A stretch of DNA of 64,000 nt from assembly GCF_006345805.1 (NCBI RefSeq), contig NC_043003.1:115320001-115384000 (forward strand), in the 5' to 3' direction. The notes under the pieces were generated by a model. That model saw nothing but the letters and a program-made list of their open reading frames with translations. It did no database searches and was not told where the DNA came from. Shown here in pieces: positions 24,161-40,645 of this stretch. The DNA is from Octopus sinensis (lineage: Eukaryota). The first letter of the stretch is position 1. Each line of letters begins with the position of its first letter. Made by a program: the position numbers and the translations under genes.

Positions 24161-24379
24161 GGAGGGGGAGGATTTCAATTATCTTCCAAAAGAGCAAAAT
24201 ATGAGGGGACAATACAATGACAGACGTAAAGTGTAGGAGTGTACAGATAATGAAATGATAGAAAATAGAAAAAAAAACAAAGAAAGAAAGTAAACACTTC
24301 TATACACTGAAAGCGAAAGGACATAGGCGTAGCATACAGAAGTTTAAAACAAAAAGAGTGGGGAAGATGATAGAGTTGT

Positions 24380-24845
24380 GGCCCTCTTAATACAGGAAAT
24401 CCTTTAGGGATAATCGAGGGACCTCACAGTCCGAGGTTTCCCTGAAACCCCAGGAGCAAGTGCCCCCTGAAATTCCTTCTCCCCGACTCACAGGCCAATA
24501 TTTAGTGGTACCATCTACTCTTGCCATTTTCGCAACTTTCATCCGACTTCCAATAAACTCACTCCAGGACAGTGTTTACTCTCATTTTTCTTTTCAAGTG
24601 AAACTTGAAGAAGTCAATAAGAGCTCAACCAAAGAGAAATGTATTTGTCCTGTTCCCGTTCAGCTTTGTCCACCAAACAACCTCTTTCGGCACAGCCACA
24701 GAGCAAAATAAAACTGCCTTGCCGGCCTGATTGAAAGAGGCTGGCGATGAAATCATTACGACAGACTCGGTCGACCGACAGGTCCCTCCTACACATTGTA
24801 GCAACTATTGAGCATAACCCTAAAGTCAGCAATGCCCGGACATTA
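24380..24845 (-). pseudogene. Decayed Tx1/L1-type LINE ORF2 C-terminal fragment
   Basis: Frameshifted translation KEVVWWTKL..TNTFL...LIDFFKFHLKRKMRV...VAKMARV aligns with the 61745-62137 peptide. Confidence 0.75.
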
Positions 24846-24850
24846 AGCAC

Positions 24851-24913
<63 letters not shown>

Positions 24914-25499
24914 TGCTTGCATATGAACATACTCAGTCACACACATATAACGTTTATAATAAGGGCGAAAGTGGCTTTGAAATTTCGTTATGCCAGACTT
25001 CTTCAGACTGTGCTATACTTGCGTCGCTTCCTGGTTTGCATTTATTGTGGCAAATTGTTTTTCTAGTGCAGTTGTAGCAGCTCTGTGAAATGATATTATT
25101 GAAGTTATCTTCCGATGTCTATCAGGGGCGCATTTTCTGGATTTCTTTTTTTGTTAGAACAGAGATATCCCAGATGGTTGTGTCTTGTTCAGGGTCATAT
25201 ACTGTTTCAGGCATCAGCATAATCATCGTCGTCTTCTTAAAAGAAATTCGCCGGAGAACGTATCAGAGTTTAGCTGTTGACAATCAGTGGACAACGCTAA
25301 CCCTCTCCACTCTAATTTCGAGGAGTCTGTGATGGATTCGTACAGTTCGAGGTAATATTGCCTTCATACCTTACTCTCAATTTAATCTGGTTTCTGAGTT
25401 TGCTATTTATAGCATCTAAACTTTTAACAATAACAGGTAAATCTCTCAAATTCATTTTCTCTCTTCATCTATTTTTATTCTCTCTTATCTTTCTTATTT

Positions 25500-25853
25500 C
25501 TTCTTGTTGTTCTTCTTTACTCCTTGTTTTACTTCCACTTCCTTCTTCTTCTTCTTCATCTATGTCTTCTTCTTCTTCTTTTCTTCTTCTTCTTCTTCTT
25601 CTTCTTTTCTTCTTCTTTTCCTTCTTCTTCTTCTTCTTCTTCTTTTCTTCTTCTTCTTCTCCTCCTCCTCCTTCTCCTTCTTCTTCTTCTTCTTCTCCTT
25701 CTCCTTCGTCTCCTTCTCTTTCTTCTTCTTCTTCTTCTTCTTCTTCTTCTTCTCTTCTACTTCTTCTTCTTCTACTTCTCCTTCTTCCTTGTCTTCTTCT
25801 TCTTCGTCTTCTTTAGCTGCTGCTACTGCTGCTGCTCATACTACTACTACTAC

Positions 25854-25884
<31 letters not shown>

Positions 25885-25942
25885 CATTTTCCTCCTCCTC
25901 CTCTCTCTTCTCTTCTTCTTCTTCTTCTTCTTCTTCTTCTGC

Positions 25943-26000
<58 letters not shown>

Positions 26001-26027
26001 CATCATCATCGTCATCATCATCATCAT
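25500..26027. repeat. (CTT)n/(ACT)n/(ATT)n/(ATC)n compound microsatellite
   Basis: Directly visible. Confidence 0.95.
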
Positions 26028-26449
26028 TCCGAAGTGCAGGTAAAGGATTAAAAGTTCCTTCGAATATAATTGCTTCAAGTGTGTGAATATTTTGGAGGTA
26101 AAACTACGAAGGGGTTTTGCAATAGTGAAGGTGAAGCTGTGGGTGTTACGGTGAGGTTGGTATAATCTGGTTACATTTTTATGTAGTTTAATTGTTGTGG
26201 GTTTAGTGTTTGGCGGATGACTAATGAGCCGGTTGCTAGGAGCAATAATATTCGGCTATATTTGAAAAGGGCAAGTTGACATTATTCATGGAAATCAAGC
26301 TATGATGACCTGGTGTAATCGAAATAAGTGGAATTTAAAAGTGTGTTTCGTGTATACAAACACACGTAGACTTGTGCATCTACTCGCAGCAGCCCTCTGC
26401 ACGTAATCTTTAAATAGATACATAAACACATACAAGCACACACGTGTGA

Positions 26450-26488
26450 TTGTGTGTGTTTGTATGTGTGTGTGTGTCTCTCTCTCTC

Positions 26489-26537
<49 letters not shown>

Positions 26538-26639
26538 ATATATTATATATATATATATGTGTGTGTATGTGTGGGCATATATATATATATGTATGTATAT
26601 TATATATATATGTATGTATATATATATATATATATGTAT

Positions 26640-26703
<64 letters not shown>

Positions 26704-26716
26704 GTATATATATATG

Positions 26717-26778
<62 letters not shown>

Positions 26779-26960
26779 ATGTGTGGGCATATATATATAT
26801 ATGTATGTATATATATATATATGTATGTATATATATATATATATATATGTATGTATATATATATATATTATATATATATGTATATATATATATTATATAT
26901 ATGTATATATATATATAATATATATATATATGTATATACATATATATATATATATATATA
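26450..26960. repeat. Long interrupted (TA)n tract
   Basis: Directly visible; includes a duplicated gtgtgtatgtgtgggc island. Confidence 0.95.
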
Positions 26961-27621
26961 CAGTTGCATACATATATAGAGAGAAAGAGAGAAAAAGAGA
27001 AATAGATGTACGCATGGTTATGAAAGGATGAATGGATCTGTATGTGTGCGTGGCTGCATGCTGTCATATATGTGCTTGCGTGCGTGGTGTGTACGTGTCT
27101 GTGCGTACGTATATGTGTCTTTACGTATATGTGTGTGTGTGTCTGCGCGCGCGGGCGGGCAGGTGTGAGTACGTACATGCTACATGTATACATATCGGAA
27201 AGAAAGAGGTAATTTAAAGATATAGACGTAAATCGATACACCAATCATTAGTAGATATTATGTATATAAAATTAAAAAAAAAGGAAATAACCTTCCGTGC
27301 AATCATAATTCTAGCGGTACGTTTAGACGCGACGGATTTTTCTTAAAATAATTGTGTATTCTTTCTCAGAAGTTTAGAACGAAAACAGCTGATAGGAATG
27401 ACTTAATTGGAATTTCTCTCCCATGATCTCTTTGCGACTAAGATTTTTTCTTTTCTTCTATCCTCGATCTTTAACATACAACATTGTAACTACCACTACG
27501 GCTATTTTTGAATATTCTTGCGTTATACCATGTTGAATTCTACCATAACCAATAGAAGCAGCAGTATTAAGTCCACTATCACACTCAGTTTGACCCATGA
27601 AAATTGAACCGACTTTATTAA

Positions 27622-28133
27622 TCTTCTATATATATAAAACTGTAGTTGTGTGAGTGTCTGTCTCCTACGATTTAGATTCCTAACTCCTCCCACATTTTGC
27701 GGTGCAGTTTAACCAAATTCGGGTATCTTATAGTCGTGATTAATATCGAGCCTGTCTGGCTATTAGCGCGCGTCTACGATGAGTCTACGATTTTAAAAAT
27801 AATTTAACATCATTTTTTATTCCATTTTAATGCATAATTTTTCGTATGTCGATGGCGGCGGAGTTGGCGTCCATGGTCACACCTGCACCTGTTTGCTTCT
27901 CCCCTTTTTCCCTCCCTCGTGAAGCTGTGGGGAAGGGAGTGTAAGGAAATCAACGTCGTAATGCGTTGTCAAGGAGACCAGCGTTCTTTTAGAACGACTT
28001 CATGGCTTGAAGACACCAAAACAGAAATGGCTAAGAAAGCCCAAATTAGCATCTATAAAGGAAGTAACTCTCTAAAAATGCTTATATAGTTATTTCCCTT
28101 ACGAACCCGAGCAACGCCGGGCGATACTGATAG
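27622..28133 (+). mobile_element. Non-autonomous Helitron, copy 1
   Basis: 5' a|TCTTCTATATATATAAAA; 3' hairpin cccg-agcaacgc-cggg (28106-28121); the end reads ATAG rather than CTAG. Confidence 0.8.
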
Positions 28134-28528
28134 TTATATATAAAAATGAAGTTGTGTGAGTGTCTGTCTCCTACGATTTAGATTCCTAACTACTCCCACA
28201 TTTTTCGGTGTAGTTTACCCAAATCCGGGTATCTTATAGTCGTGATTCATATCGAGCCCTTATGGGTATTAGCGCGTGTCTACGATGAGTCTAGGATTTT
28301 AAAAATAATTTACCATCATTTTTTTCCATTTTAAGGCATATTTTTTCAAATAAAGGGAAGTAACTCTCTAAAAATGTCTACGATGAGTCAACGATTTAAA
28401 AAAAAATTTACCATAATTTTTCTTCCATTTTTAATGCAATTTTTTGCTATTTTTTGGCTATAACTCTCTAAAAATGGTTTATAGTTATTTCCCTTACAAA
28501 CCCGAGCAACGCCGGGCGATACTGCTAG
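28134..28528 (+). mobile_element. Non-autonomous Helitron, copy 2 (head-to-tail with copy 1)
   Basis: Same 5' body; hairpin 28501-28516; terminal CTAG|t at 28525-28528. Confidence 0.85.
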
Positions 28529-28956
28529 TTGTAAATATAACTACTTCTGTATAATGTCCAGCGCTATATATATTAGCTAAACGTGACCAGCAGGAGAGGC
28601 GTGTGAACGGTCATTCGCCTTGAAGGATGCATGAGGCATAAACTCCGGACTTGAATATATCGCATGATGTAGACATATATAGACTAATTTATTATATTCA
28701 TATATAGACTATATATAGATTCATATAAAGACTAATTAATATATAGACTAATTCAATATATAGACTGTTCAATATATTTAACGATGGTGCATCCGCATGG
28801 CTGCAGCTCTGAACTGAAACTACAGAGAAAAAATATAACAAAACTTTGTCAGAAATTAAAAATTTCTAATTTTGGTGATCAGTAAATAAAGTTTACTGAA
28901 AATAGAATATATTTTCAGAGAGGTTGCACTCATCTTCAGCTAGCGAGACTTGATAC

Positions 28957-29002
28957 CCTGGACTGATGACGAGCAATACACTGAGAAACATACGTCTTCA
29001 GG
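28957..29002 (+). ncRNA. Type-I hammerhead ribozyme with a damaged stem II
   Basis: cctgga-CTGATGA-cgagcaatacactga-GAAAC-atac-GTC-ttcagg; 6-bp stem I with one G-U pair. Confidence 0.65.
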
Positions 29003-30264
29003 TGCTTAGTCCCAGCTGGCGGGGGTGATTGCCTCCCCTTTGCAAATATAAGGACACAGGAAATGTGTCAAAGCCGACAGGAAACGTCGATGTTTCCTAG
29101 GGCTAAATGGCGGTGGTGTAATTCCCTTACGGGACTGTCACGTTTGTCAGAAAGTTCATGGTAAATCTATTTATTGTAGACTTTACCAGGTTAATAAAGC
29201 TACCATAATGATTATACTCAAACTGAAGCTGTAGTTCCTTAAACAAAACAGACCATTATTACGCGGCATTAGATACTCTAATCATTCGCGTTTCGGTTTT
29301 TATTAATTCTACATTCATGTCGTTGAAACATTTTTGCTCATGCCTTCCTGTATGTATCAGGGATGGAATATGATTATCGCAGTGACACTGTACTTATATT
29401 CTTTCAGATGCAATAATTTTAATTTACAAATATAATTTTCTACCGTGCAGTAGCATATATCATGCTGATTTGGGAATTTATCTGTTAATATTTGTTGACG
29501 TGAAACTATAATTAAACGCAATATTTCCTCCAAAATTTATTTAAAATAATCTTTATGAGAAATACACGTTTATTCTCTAACAAATTTATTACCATATATT
29601 GTAACTTTTGTTACTTTCTTTGGTAACATTTTCGTAATACAGCAACATTTGCATTGAGACAACAGGTCTTACAGATTCTCGATCCAATATATTTCAACTC
29701 GAATGCCTTCCATGTTGTTGAGTATTGGAATAAATATCCAAAAAATACAAATAAAGCTGGAATCATTGATTTTATCCCATATCTTTTTTATTTACTTATT
29801 TGTTTAAATAATTTAAATTTTCTTGCTATGTCACCGCATCCTATCAATATTATCTGATTGTGCAGAATCAATGATTTTTTCCCTCCGATTCATGTTCTAA
29901 ATGGGATTCATGCTATTCAATATGTTCGAGTTTGTTGTCGTTCCTCACAAAAGAGTCCTGTTTCCCCTCATTGTATGTACGTAGTAATGTCTTTGGTTCC
30001 TATTGTCTATAGAATGGGAAAATATTTTGACTGCCGCGTAAAGCACCCTGCACCATATACGGAACTGCGCCTGCTGACGATGAAGATTATGTCGATAATG
30101 ATGATGAATATGATGATAATGATTATCATTACCATCATTATCAATAGCATCGTGATCATCTTCATCTGCAGCAGCAGCAGCAGCAATAACAGTAAAAATA
30201 TATTCGATATCGCCAATCTGACTTATTCATGATTTTCCCATAAATGCAATCGTCATTTATGTTG

Positions 30265-33440
<3,176 letters not shown>

Positions 33441-34353
33441 TACCATCATAACTACCAGCTGATCCACCCCAACACCGCGCCACCCCTTCCATCACCACCA
33501 CCATCATCAGCATCGTCATGTGTGTAATAGTTATTCTTGCTGCTTATGTATTTATTTTCATATTTCTTTTGTTTTTTATAATTTTCCGTTTCTTCTTTCA
33601 TTATGTTTTTTTCTTGCATGTAATGTGAAATGAGTGCAGTTTTATGCAGTTTTATGCAGTTTTGATGAAATAAGCTCCTTAGAACAGCAGCAAGTGCAAC
33701 CATTCCATCGTAGCATTGTTGTAATTTGTACATTCTTAATTGCAGTTCTTCTTCATTACGGGTTTGTTGTCATTCTCATGGACAACTTCCGCTCTTGATG
33801 AAGATGTTTTTAGATTGTTATTTGTCATACATATTTTGTTGCTGGTGTTGTTGTTATTGTTGTTGTTACGCAACAAGACGGGTGAGGGTGATTAGTTGAT
33901 GATCTAAGGCTTAACGGCGGAAGAGACCCCAGACCTTGGAAAAAAAAACTTTGGTCGTCTTGTTGTAGTCGAGGGCTCTTCGTTGACGCCCGACACCACT
34001 GAGAGGTGTCCCTCAAAGTCGCTGGAAATGGAGATCTGCAGGTCCAAATTCTTGAACGGCTGTTGGTGGTGTTGATGTTATTAGTTACGGTCCCTGTGTC
34101 TTTTAGTTGGTATCCCTTCAAACAGTTGATTACCTTCACCTGATCCTCTTCCCTAGGTTATGGTTGTTTTTTTCCCTCATATTTGAATTATCTGTTGTTT
34201 AGAGATTTTTCTGTTCTATTTTGATCTCAGACATATCCATTGGAAAGTGTTGTATTGCTAGTTTTAACCTCCATTAAATCATTATACAGTCCGAACAATC
34301 AATATATCTATTCCTAGATTATTTCTAAATTTCATTTGAAGACATATTCACTT

Positions 34354-34640
34354 ATCATCATCATCATTGTTCGACCGTGGTCCAGACAATGGAATTTACC
34401 ATGCTACGCCAGACTTCACGGTCCATCATGGCATTACGGAGGTCCTGTTGCTGGATGCCTGTATCCCTGGAGATTACATCAGGGTAGGAGAGTGTGCCCC
34501 CTCTGGTATTGCGAGTAGATGGCTTCCAGAGGAGAAGAGTAGAACTTACCTCTTTTTCAGCTCTACAACAATGTCCAGCAAACTGGACTCTCTTACCTTT
34601 CACAAGAGATGACACAGGACTTATAGAGAGTAACATTATG
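34354..34640 (-). pseudogene. RTE-type LINE 3' fragment with (TGA)n tail
   Basis: RVQFAGHCCRA...LLLWKP...RG..LSYPD...AMMDREVWR resembles the post-RT C-terminus of RTE-clade ORFs; the stop is followed by tgatgatgat. Confidence 0.75.
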
Positions 34641-36254
34641 CGACAAGAAAGCTTTTGACGAGTCAACGAATGAGACCGTTTCATATGGCTCAAACTCCTT
34701 TTAATGTTGCCATTATACATACATATAAAAAAAATAATAAAAGAGCTGTCTGATGGAGTCACTGACAGATTATATTTGAGTGTAATTAGCGATATTCATG
34801 GTTAAAACGCCTTTGATGATGGTCATTTTTCACAAAAGAACATATGTCAAGCCTAGGAATGCTACGCAACATTTCCAAGGCTGATGCAATGACACAGCAT
34901 TTTACGGCACATTTTCACTTTTGATATGTATGCCAAAACGGGAGCATAGTCACTCGATGAACCAAGACTGTAATATATCTTCAAAGAAGGAACTCTGACC
35001 ATTACAATTGTAGTTCATGCACGCGGTAGCTGTTTATAAAATTCGAAGTAAATACTCCTCATTTGAAGTTTTCTTTAGCGATATGTTTTTCATTAATATA
35101 GTTTGAAATTTCGTTTGGGCGATTATTAAATCTATTTGGTGGCGATTTAATAGGTATTCGGATAAAATGAAAATATAAAAATACGTTGGGAGAAAAAAAT
35201 ATATACATTTAAAAATATACTATGAGAAAAACCGGTTGTTTGAAAATGGGATTTGAAAAAGAAAAGTATGAATTGTTTTGTGTGTGTGTTAATGAAATCG
35301 CAGCGTCACTCGAAGAGAAGCCATTCTGTTCTCGAGATTGTAAATCCCTTCCAAACATTGGAGCCCGTGGATTCTGTGCCCAGATGTAACTGCTGATATG
35401 ATTGCTTTTATTAAATGTTGTTTTCCTTCTTTTTCTTCTTCTGTCTTCTTCTAACTTCTTCTTCTCCGTACCATGAAAACGCCGATATCAAGAATACGTC
35501 GCATTCTGTTTTTCGTCCTTTTACCATGCCTCCAGTCCTTTTATACTTATCCTTACTTTCTATGTAGAACATTCTAGATTTTTTTTTATCACCGTAAAGC
35601 TGAATTCTGCACTTCTTTCTATTATGTTACATTCCGAGTTTTACACTCAAATTCTTCATCAGAATTCTCAAATCCCCAAGGAAAACCGACAAGTTTATGT
35701 CCTTCGTATATTTCATATTTCATTACATTCTTATACTGTTTACAATCTACCGCGCCACGATTTTACGAGGCACATTTGCCAGTCATTGATGACCTTAGTG
35801 GACTTGTCGGATTTTATAGGAAATTCTCAACAATCTCAATCCCTTTCCAATAATGTTCACTTTTTACACCACAAAACTCTTATGGCACTTTTCTGTTCCT
35901 GTCAATGAGAGCATTGCATCAAAATCCCAGTGAATTATTCTACTACAATTCAAGCTTTTTTTATGAATTCCAGAAGCATTTTTGGTGCTTTCAATTTCAG
36001 ATGTCTTTCAAAAGATCTCTTCTCTTCTGAGGAGATTCATATGGAAATTCCCTTCAGATACAATCACTGAAGTAATAAACTAACCTCTCTAAGAGAAAGA
36101 TGTTATGGCGTTTGGAAAAGGGAGGGGGAAAATAGACGAATGGATGATTAAGATGCTCTTATGAATTGTAAAAAGAGAATGACATATTCGTATATAGCGA
36201 GGCTCAATTAGATTATATAATATAATAATATAATATGATGGCATTATAAATGTA

Positions 36255-36666
36255 GGATCCTTTCGGTTTGAACGGCAGTTTTTTGTAGCAGTGTCATATG
36301 AAATTTTCACACATAATTATGAACCTAGTATCGATCTACTGCATTTCAATGTTTTAGGATTAGGGGTGGGGTGAAGGGTATCTTTTTTTCTTCACAAATG
36401 TAAATAAACCCAATCTGTTTCTTAAATGAGGGACATATTCATATGGCACATAATGTTTTTTTTACCTCAATAGACGTATTTGATTGGTTGAAATTGCAGA
36501 AATTGAAGAAAAAAAAACAACAAATATCTTACAAACTATAGAATTTTCTCAATAAAGCCAAGAGAAAAAGATGTTTTATAAACACATTCTACCAGTATAC
36601 GAAGTTAAAATTTTTTTAGTTACCTAGAAATTATGTTAAAAACTGCCGTTCAAACTGAAAATATCC
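36255..36666 (+). mobile_element. MITE copy 3
   Basis: TIRs; perfect 8-bp TSD taaatgta (36247-36254, 36667-36674). Confidence 0.95.
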
Positions 36667-36724
36667 TAAATGTATATATAACAATATAATTCAATACAAT
36701 GTAATGACATACTATATTGTTTTG

Positions 36725-36925
36725 TATTCTAGGCACAAGGCCCGAAATTTTGGGGGAGGGGGCTGTCAATTACATCGACCCCAGTACGAAACTGGTTCTT
36801 AATTTATCGACCCTCCACGAAATGATGAAAGGCAAAGTTGACCTCGGCGGAATTTGAACTCTGAACGTAAAGACAGACGAAATACTGCTAAGTATTTCGC
36901 CCGGCGTGCTAACGATTTTGCCAGT
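36725..36925 (-). mobile_element. SINE family B, tail type 2
   Basis: Family head and body; tail aaaatttcgggccttgtgcctaga on the minus strand. Confidence 0.88.
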
Positions 36926-37455
36926 TGTTTGAAAAAAAGTTCATTTCTATGTTTTTCTTTTTATGTTTTAGTTTCTCATTGTGATCAGCGTTTTTTTTAT
37001 GTCCTGTACCCATATATGCATGTATATATACATATATATGTAGGTATGTACATATATGTATGTATATCTTTTTCTATCAGTAATTAAAAATAGAACAAGA
37101 TGAATAGGTTCCTTTCAAGGCGAAGTTCAGCGCTCTCATTGATCGCTAGTAGTAGTAAACACATTTGCCCTCTTCTGACCCCAATGGTGTGAAACCCTTT
37201 TTGTCTCTTTATCGCACAGGAATTCCCATAGTTGATCTCTTCACCATCAGCCGAATCTATTTACAGACCTGTGGAATATAATCTCTTCCCCAAGCTGTGT
37301 CTCTTGTTCCCACTTACTCCCTTAAACATTCACATCCAAGACAAAATTGGAAACTAAACAATATTTAATAATACCTTTCAATAATGAATGGAAATTATAA
37401 TAAAGATGGTAATAATAGTGATATTAATAATAATAATAATAATGATAATAATAGC

Positions 37456-37498
37456 GGCTGGACGTGACAGAGGCTGGACGTGACAGAGGCTGGACGTG
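37456..37498 (+). repeat. 16-bp tandem repeat, ~2.7 copies
   Basis: Unit ggctggacgtgacaga. Confidence 0.9.
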
Positions 37499-38399
37499 TT
37501 CTTCGCTGCTCTGGCCTGTCAACAGCTGAAGCCACAGAAACACTAATACAACCCAGCTGGACAACTGAAAAAGCAACTGTAAAACACTGGAATATCTACA
37601 GTTTTCTGTGAGTATTTTGAATTTGCCTCAAAATAATTTAAGGAACTTATATATCTACGGCTTTGGACATACACACGAACACCTAAAAAAAATATAAAAA
37701 CTTGAATATCTCTTATTTAGTGTGAACATTTTGTCTTCCATTCTTCCCTGACTTACAGAATATGTCAACATGTCTTTTATTGTAACACGATTCAATGCAC
37801 GATAAAAATATATATACATACTGCCCAACTACAAAAACTATAAACCACAGCAAAACTTTAAAAAATAAGAAAAATAACTTCAGAAATTCAAAAATTCATC
37901 AAGGTGAACATCTCTTCCTCCTACTATTCCCAAAGACTGGAATATCTACAATTTCCTGTGAATATTTTAAATCTCCCTCAAAATAAAATAAATTAGGAAA
38001 CTTACATACCTACAGCTTTCGAACACACAAACGATCAGCTTTAAACAAAATTTAGTTGTAGATAATTTCATATCTACAACTAATGCGTGACGACTTTCCT
38101 TTCTCCCTGAGTATTCGAAAATGTAAACATCATCCTCCTTTTTATTCTAAGAACACGACCATTTCTCTCTGTGCGGTCATACAAAAGACCATATTTAGTA
38201 ACTTAAAACTTTACTATCTACAACTTGTTTTCTTTTCCTTTTGACTCTCCCTGAGCATTCGAAAATGTAAACATTCTTTTAATTACAAGAGTCATACTGT
38301 ACTCTCCAACTGGACATCACCCAAATACTTAAAAACAACTTTTATTGCAACAGCACAATTGAATTCAGAAATTCAAAATTTCAATGACATGAATATCAG

Positions 38400-38434
<35 letters not shown>

Positions 38435-39119
38435 TTCTGTATATGTATGTATATATATATATTTTTTCTACTAGTAATTACAAATAGAAACGGTTGAACT
38501 GCTTCCTTTCAAGGCAGCGCTCCCAATATCCACTGGTAGTAGTAAACACATTGGACCTCTGCTGACCTAAAGAGTGCGAAGAATCCTTTGTCTTTATGGC
38601 TGACCTCCCCACCATCTGTCGAATCTATTTATAGACCTGTAGCATGGGATTTAGTCACCAAACTGCTACCCATCTTTTCCCTAAAACAATGGTGGTGGTG
38701 CTAGTGGTGGTGATAATACTACAACTATTATGGTAGCAACTATTATGGTAGCACAAGTATCTGAGACAAAACTACCATCCTTAACACTACCCCCACCCAC
38801 GCTACTGTTGCTGGTGCTGCAACCACTGCTGCTACTACACATAAAAACAATAATATCAGTGATTATGATAATAATAATAATAATAACGAAAGGAAACGGG
38901 TGGAGCCTCCCCCTCCTTATCAGCTGATTAATGATATATGTAGTAAGGGTGTCACAATAAAAACACTGGTAATTGCGCAACCTGATGATTGCTACCTCAT
39001 ATAAGTGACAATGAAAAAAACAAAATATTGTGACTAACGGTGGTAATGCAACTGAAGCCGATGATGGCAGTATTACACTCGGTAGGCTCAGAGATCCTGG
39101 TCAGGCTCCAGAAAGGACC

Positions 39120-40290
39120 ACCACACACGGCGTAGATGGAACAAGCAGACTAATGTTGTGGTCATGGAGTGTTATTACCTGAGCATCCCGGTAGATGAAA
39201 ATGGTGCTCAAATTAGGGGTTACCATCAACGTATGTATAACCATTGGAAAGAAAATGGATTGCTTCAACTCACGGAACAGAGACTATGTTATCAAGCGAG
39301 AGCAATAAGAAAAAATATTGGTTCACAGAAGTAGAGCTCGAAACTTTGAAAAGACGGGTCTTGAACAATCGCAGCAGACATAACAATGAAAATACAGTTC
39401 TTACTAATAAGAGTAGTCCAATAGTACAGGAAAGGGGCAGTAGTAGATTACTTGATGAGAGGAATATCGATGATCTAAAAGAAGACGATAAAACTAATAG
39501 CGACATGACAGATAAACAGAAGGCAATCTACGACAGAATAAAGGTAAGACTACAGGAGAACGATAGCAACATTATTTCGATGGAAATCGAACCAAGAAAC
39601 GAAAAATGTCAATGCAGTTCTGAAATACATAGAACAAAAAACATCACAGAAACAAATAATTTGATCAAGGCAGCAAGTATTGTTGTAACAGAAAATGTAG
39701 GTGTTGATGTCAAGAAAAAGAAATATAAATGGGAGTGAGAAAAGAAATGATCCATGGTGGAAAAGAAGAATCCAGGCAGGGTTAGACATGCTCTCGAAGA
39801 AAATCTACGTGTTAGACCGATAAGAGAAAGTAGAGCTTAAAAGTGAACAAAAATTCAGATACTGAAAAGGAAGAATAATATTGAAAGAAAGGGCTTGAAA
39901 GTAGTAGTGGTAGAACTGAAACAGCACCTCGTGGCAAAGAAAGAAAGGATGGTAAGGTACGACCAAATAATGAAGGGTTACCGCCAGAATAGCTTATTCA
40001 GAGTAGATAAGAAGAGACTATGTAAAGAAATAAATGGAGAGTGTACAGATGAAAAGTTGATAAAAAACTGGAGTCCTGCCACATGAGCAGAAGGGTTGCG
40101 CGTGTAAGTGAAGAGGTACCAAGGATCAACTGATAGACAAAGCTGTACTTAGAGACTGCAATTTGGAACTATCCTTAAAGACCTGAATAGATGGATAGAG
40201 GAAATAAGCATAAAGCCCAGTTTAGTACAGCTACACAAAATGGTGTTATTAGGGACAGCTAGGATACTGAGGAGGGCTCTTGGTCTCAAA
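39120..40290 (+). pseudogene. Internally deleted R4/Dong-type (RLE) non-LTR retrotransposon
   Basis: N-terminal RRRWNK...VMECYY...GYHQRMY..W...TEQRL; short RT piece EQKGC...GTKDQL.IDK at ~40066-40160; C-terminal GTI.KDL.RW...LLGTARILRR. Many stops and frameshifts. Confidence 0.75.
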
Positions 40291-40299
40291 GGCAACTTG

Positions 40300-40645
40300 T
40301 TCTAGCCCGATATTTGGATACAATTTTCCCAACAGTCCAAGGCCTACATATGTGAGAACGACAGTGGCCCAACATATGTATGTCAAAAACAAAATGAAAC
40401 CATTGATCATGTTGTCTCCACGTGCACTCTTCTTGCCCCTACAGAGTATCTCAACAGGTATGATAGAGCTGCACGATATATTCACTGGATAATGTGCAAA
40501 AATCTGGACCTACCCCATGATAAAAACTGATGGGAACACAAACCATATCTAGTGCTTGAAAATGATCACATCTCACTCGTCTGGAACTTCACTGTTCACA
40601 CTGACAGAAAGATAGATGAGAATACGCCTGACATTTTATTGAAAG
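40300..40645 (+). pseudogene. Second RLE-LINE fragment (CCHC knuckle and start of the PD..D endonuclease)
   Basis: ETIDHVVSTC..LAPTEYL.R.D......HW..C...WEHKP..VLEND....WNF.V.TDR.I..N.PDI. Confidence 0.8.

Noticed and set aside
26446-27244. IYIY-rich ORFs here and at many other TA tracts
   Set aside because: Translations of (TA)n, (TG)n and (ATCT)n repeats.
26040-29760. Possible Penelope RT remnant (~26200-26330, minus) and CR1-like VVEYWNK remnant (~29700-29740)
   Set aside because: Only a few residues match, which is not enough to annotate.
33640-34140. Possible decayed ORF1 homologue on the minus strand (LRMYK resembling LRTYS)
   Set aside because: The similarity is too short to support without a profile search.
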